From: an uncultured Methanoregulaceae archaeon
GTDB lineage: Archaea > Halobacteriota > Methanomicrobia > Methanomicrobiales > Methanospirillaceae
Assembly (NCBI GenBank): GCA_963737635.1
Contig: CAVTTL010000001.1
Location: 384,001 to 448,000 of the forward strand
Reading direction: 5' to 3'
DNA: 64,000 nt
Position 1 is the stretch's first letter. Every line of letters begins with the position of its first letter. The translations under genes were made by a program, and so were the position numbers. A model generated the notes under the pieces. The model was not told the origin of the DNA. It saw nothing but the letters and a program-made list of their open reading frames with translations, and did no database searches. Positions 61,314 through 64,000 of this stretch are shown here, one piece after another.

Positions 61314-62256
61314 ATGCCGCAGGAATCGATCAGGATCGGTCACCTCTCCACTCTGTACCATACCGCTTTCCTGCTCCGGGGATCACGATCTCCTTACAGA
61401 CCAAGGCGTCCGTGCAACATGGACGCTCTTTCCTTCAGGGCCTGACATCATCAACGCGATGCAGGCGGGCAGGCTCGACCTCGGGTACATCGGCCTGCCC
61501 CCGGTCATCATCGGGATCGACCGGGGACTCAGGCTTGCCTGCATTGCCGGGGGCCATATCGAGGGAACGGTCATGATTGCGGGCAAAAAGATCCGCACTG
61601 TCGACGAGTGTGGCAGCATGCAGGAGTTCCTCTCCCAGTTGTCCGGTAAAGCGATCGGAACCCCGCCAAAAGGTTCCATTCACGATGTAATCGTGCATGA
61701 CTTACTCCAGAAGAACAACAGAACGGATGTCGAAGTAAAAAATTATCCTTGGGCGGACTTTCTTTCAGACGCGCTGTTAACTGGCGAGATTACAGCCGCC
61801 GCCGGGACGCCGGCGCTTGCGACAACAGCCCGCCGGTATGGGAACGGACGGCTAGTAGTGCAGCCTGACCGGCTCTGGCCGTTCAACCCGAGTTACGGCA
61901 TTGTCGTAATGCGGGAGATGCTCAAACAATCCGACCTGCTCACCAGGTTTCTGACCGCCCATGAAGCCGCCTCCGAATGGATCCGCCGCGATCCTAAAGC
62001 CTGTGCCCGGGTTGTTGCAGATACAATAGGTATGGTAGATGCAGCATTCGTTGAAGAAACCTATCGAATTTCGCCAAAATACTGTGCCGCACTACCTCCG
62101 GAATACATTGCATCCACGATGAAATTTGCCCGGACGCTCCATACTCTTGGTTATACCTCACGCTCTATCAGCGAGAACGAGTGCTTTGACAGATCTCTGA
62201 TCGAAATGATTCACACGGGACCGCACCATTACGCTGCCGGGATTGCGGGCGCATAA
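61314..62256 (+). CDS. SsuA/NMT1-like periplasmic-binding-fold protein without signal peptide (frameshift near 61380)
   Basis: MPQESIRIGHLSTLYHT start; F.SGP.I..A..AG.LD.GYIG.PP and GSIHD motifs. Confidence 0.75.
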
Positions 62257-62301
62257 GCCGTAATCGCAATAAACCTCATACTGCAAACCGGGGCTGTTCC
62301 C

Positions 62302-64000
62302 TTATTTCATCAACCGGTACGCTCCCCGGGGCACCCGGAGCACGAAACGTGCGCCTTTCCGGTACTCCCCGGTCTCCGTTATTCCTATCCGGGTAATCGC
62401 AAGAATCTCCCGGGTCAGGAAAAGACCGAGCCCGGTGTTCTTTCCGATACCCCGGGAGAAGATCCGCACCTTTTCGCTCTCCATGATACCAATACCGTTG
62501 TCCTCAAAATGGAGGATGAGATCTGTCCCATCCATGATCCCGTAGATCCGGATCTTCGTGACGCCTTCGCCGTACCGGAACGTATTGTCGAACAAATTGT
62601 AGAACACTTTCTCAAGCATCGGGTCTGCATAGATCTCAAGGTCACCCGTCTCGCAGGTAAAGGTGAGAGTATTGATGAACTGGGCATAGGCCCGAGCTGC
62701 GGTATTGCCGACATGCTGCCAGAGAGGTGACTTTACACCGAGGTCATCGTAGGCACGGGTGAACTCGATCTGGTTGCGAATCGTGACCAGGGCTTTTTCC
62801 TGCTTTTCCATAAGATCCCGGATCGCTGTATCCGCTTCCCTCTCCTTGATGAGCTCATGGTACCCGAGAATAACCGCGAGGGAATTCAGGACGTCGTGCC
62901 GTGTCACACCGATCATAAGGTTGAGCTTGACATTTGCAATCCGTAGGGCATCGCCGATCTGCTGGACTCCGGTGAGGTCCCGGATCGAGAGAATGAGGAC
63001 TGTTCGGCCTTCAAGAGTGAAGTAGGCAAGCGCGATGTCAGTAGGAAATACCGTACCGTCTTTTTTCCGGTGATACCACAGGGCAACCCGGGAAACCTTA
63101 TGGTCAAGTACCTCTTTTGTTTTCTGCGGTTCGGCAGAGAGATTCAGCAGAACCATCCCAAGCATTTCCTCGCGGGAATACCCGTACAGCTCGCTCGCCG
63201 CATGGTTCAGATCGAGGATGACCCGGGTTTCCGCATCGGCAAGAATAAGGGGATCGTTTTTAGCTTCGAAGACATTCCGGTATTTTTCCTCGTTCTCATG
63301 GAGTTCCCGGGTGGTCGAAAGCAGTGCGAACTCCGTTTCTTTGCGTGCAGAGATATCTTGGACAACAACTATCACCCCCATAACATTCCCATCATGGCTC
63401 TTGAGGGGTGATGCAATGCCCTTGACCCAGATCCTGTTTTTCTTTTTTACACTCAGGTTGATCGGGATATCGGCAGTCTCCACTGTCTCTCCCGTTAGTG
63501 CCCGTTCAAGCGTACCCGGGATCTCAGTAGCCTTTCAGCTGGGGAAAACATTCATAGAGTGCCTTTCCGGTAACTTCGCTTGAAGCTAACCCAGTCAGAT
63601 CTTCCATGAAAGGGTTCCAAAGGGTGATACGCAGTCCGGGATCAAAGGTCACAATGCCCTCGCGGACATCGGTGATCACGCGTTTCAGGAACGCTTCCGA
63701 TTCTCTGGCCATGTGTTCGGTCTCTGCACGCCGGCGCTCGCTTTTGGCGAGCTCGTTGTAGTTCTGGCGCAGTTCCTCTTCGGTCGCAGTCAGTTGTTCG
63801 AAGGTGGCGTACAGTTCCTCGTGCTTTTTTTCCAACTGCTGCTCTGCTTCCTTACGTTCTGTGATCGGTCTAGTGGTAACCACCACACCGTCAACTCCCT
63901 CAACGCCGGTCAGGTTCGTAGCGACTGACTCGACCCAAAGGTACGTCCCGTCAGCCCCGCGTATACGGAATTCCGATGGTTTTCCTGAATTATTCTTTGC
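62302..64000 (-). CDS. Multi-PAS sensor histidine kinase, 3' part (frameshifts near 63520 and 63890)
   Basis: PAS repeats, RHD.LN H-box, NLFDN, EDNGIGI and GLGL motifs. Confidence 0.85.

Overview
This is archaeal chromosomal DNA with the gene content of a hydrogenotrophic methanogen, most consistent with Methanomicrobiales (Methanoregula-like; inferred from gene content). Most of it is housekeeping: rpoH-rpoB''-rpoB', three tRNAs, pfkA, rnhB, geranylgeranyl reductase with its ferredoxin, glnA, the elp3-priS-gins-rpl44e-rps27e-aIF2a-nop10-PAC2 cluster, egsA, proS, mrp and sua5. A ~15 kb sulfur-relay/coenzyme M cluster follows (moaE, SAMPs, ubaA, iscU/iscS, larE, fdhD, ttuA, nadA, comDE, cysteate synthase). 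The main exception is a 3,996-bp AT-rich IS6-like element at 41105-45100, with perfect 54-bp terminal inverted repeats and an 8-bp target duplication (GACTAACG). It has inserted into a type IV pilin/PKD gene and carries passenger genes, including a DUF262 (ParB/Srx-like) + HEPN pair. That pair is preceded by a phased array of five CTCGAG palindromes and has six more inside its coding sequence, making it a candidate undescribed site- or methylation-gated defence/toxin module. About eleven genes, including essential priS, show apparent small-indel frameshifts, most likely assembly errors.
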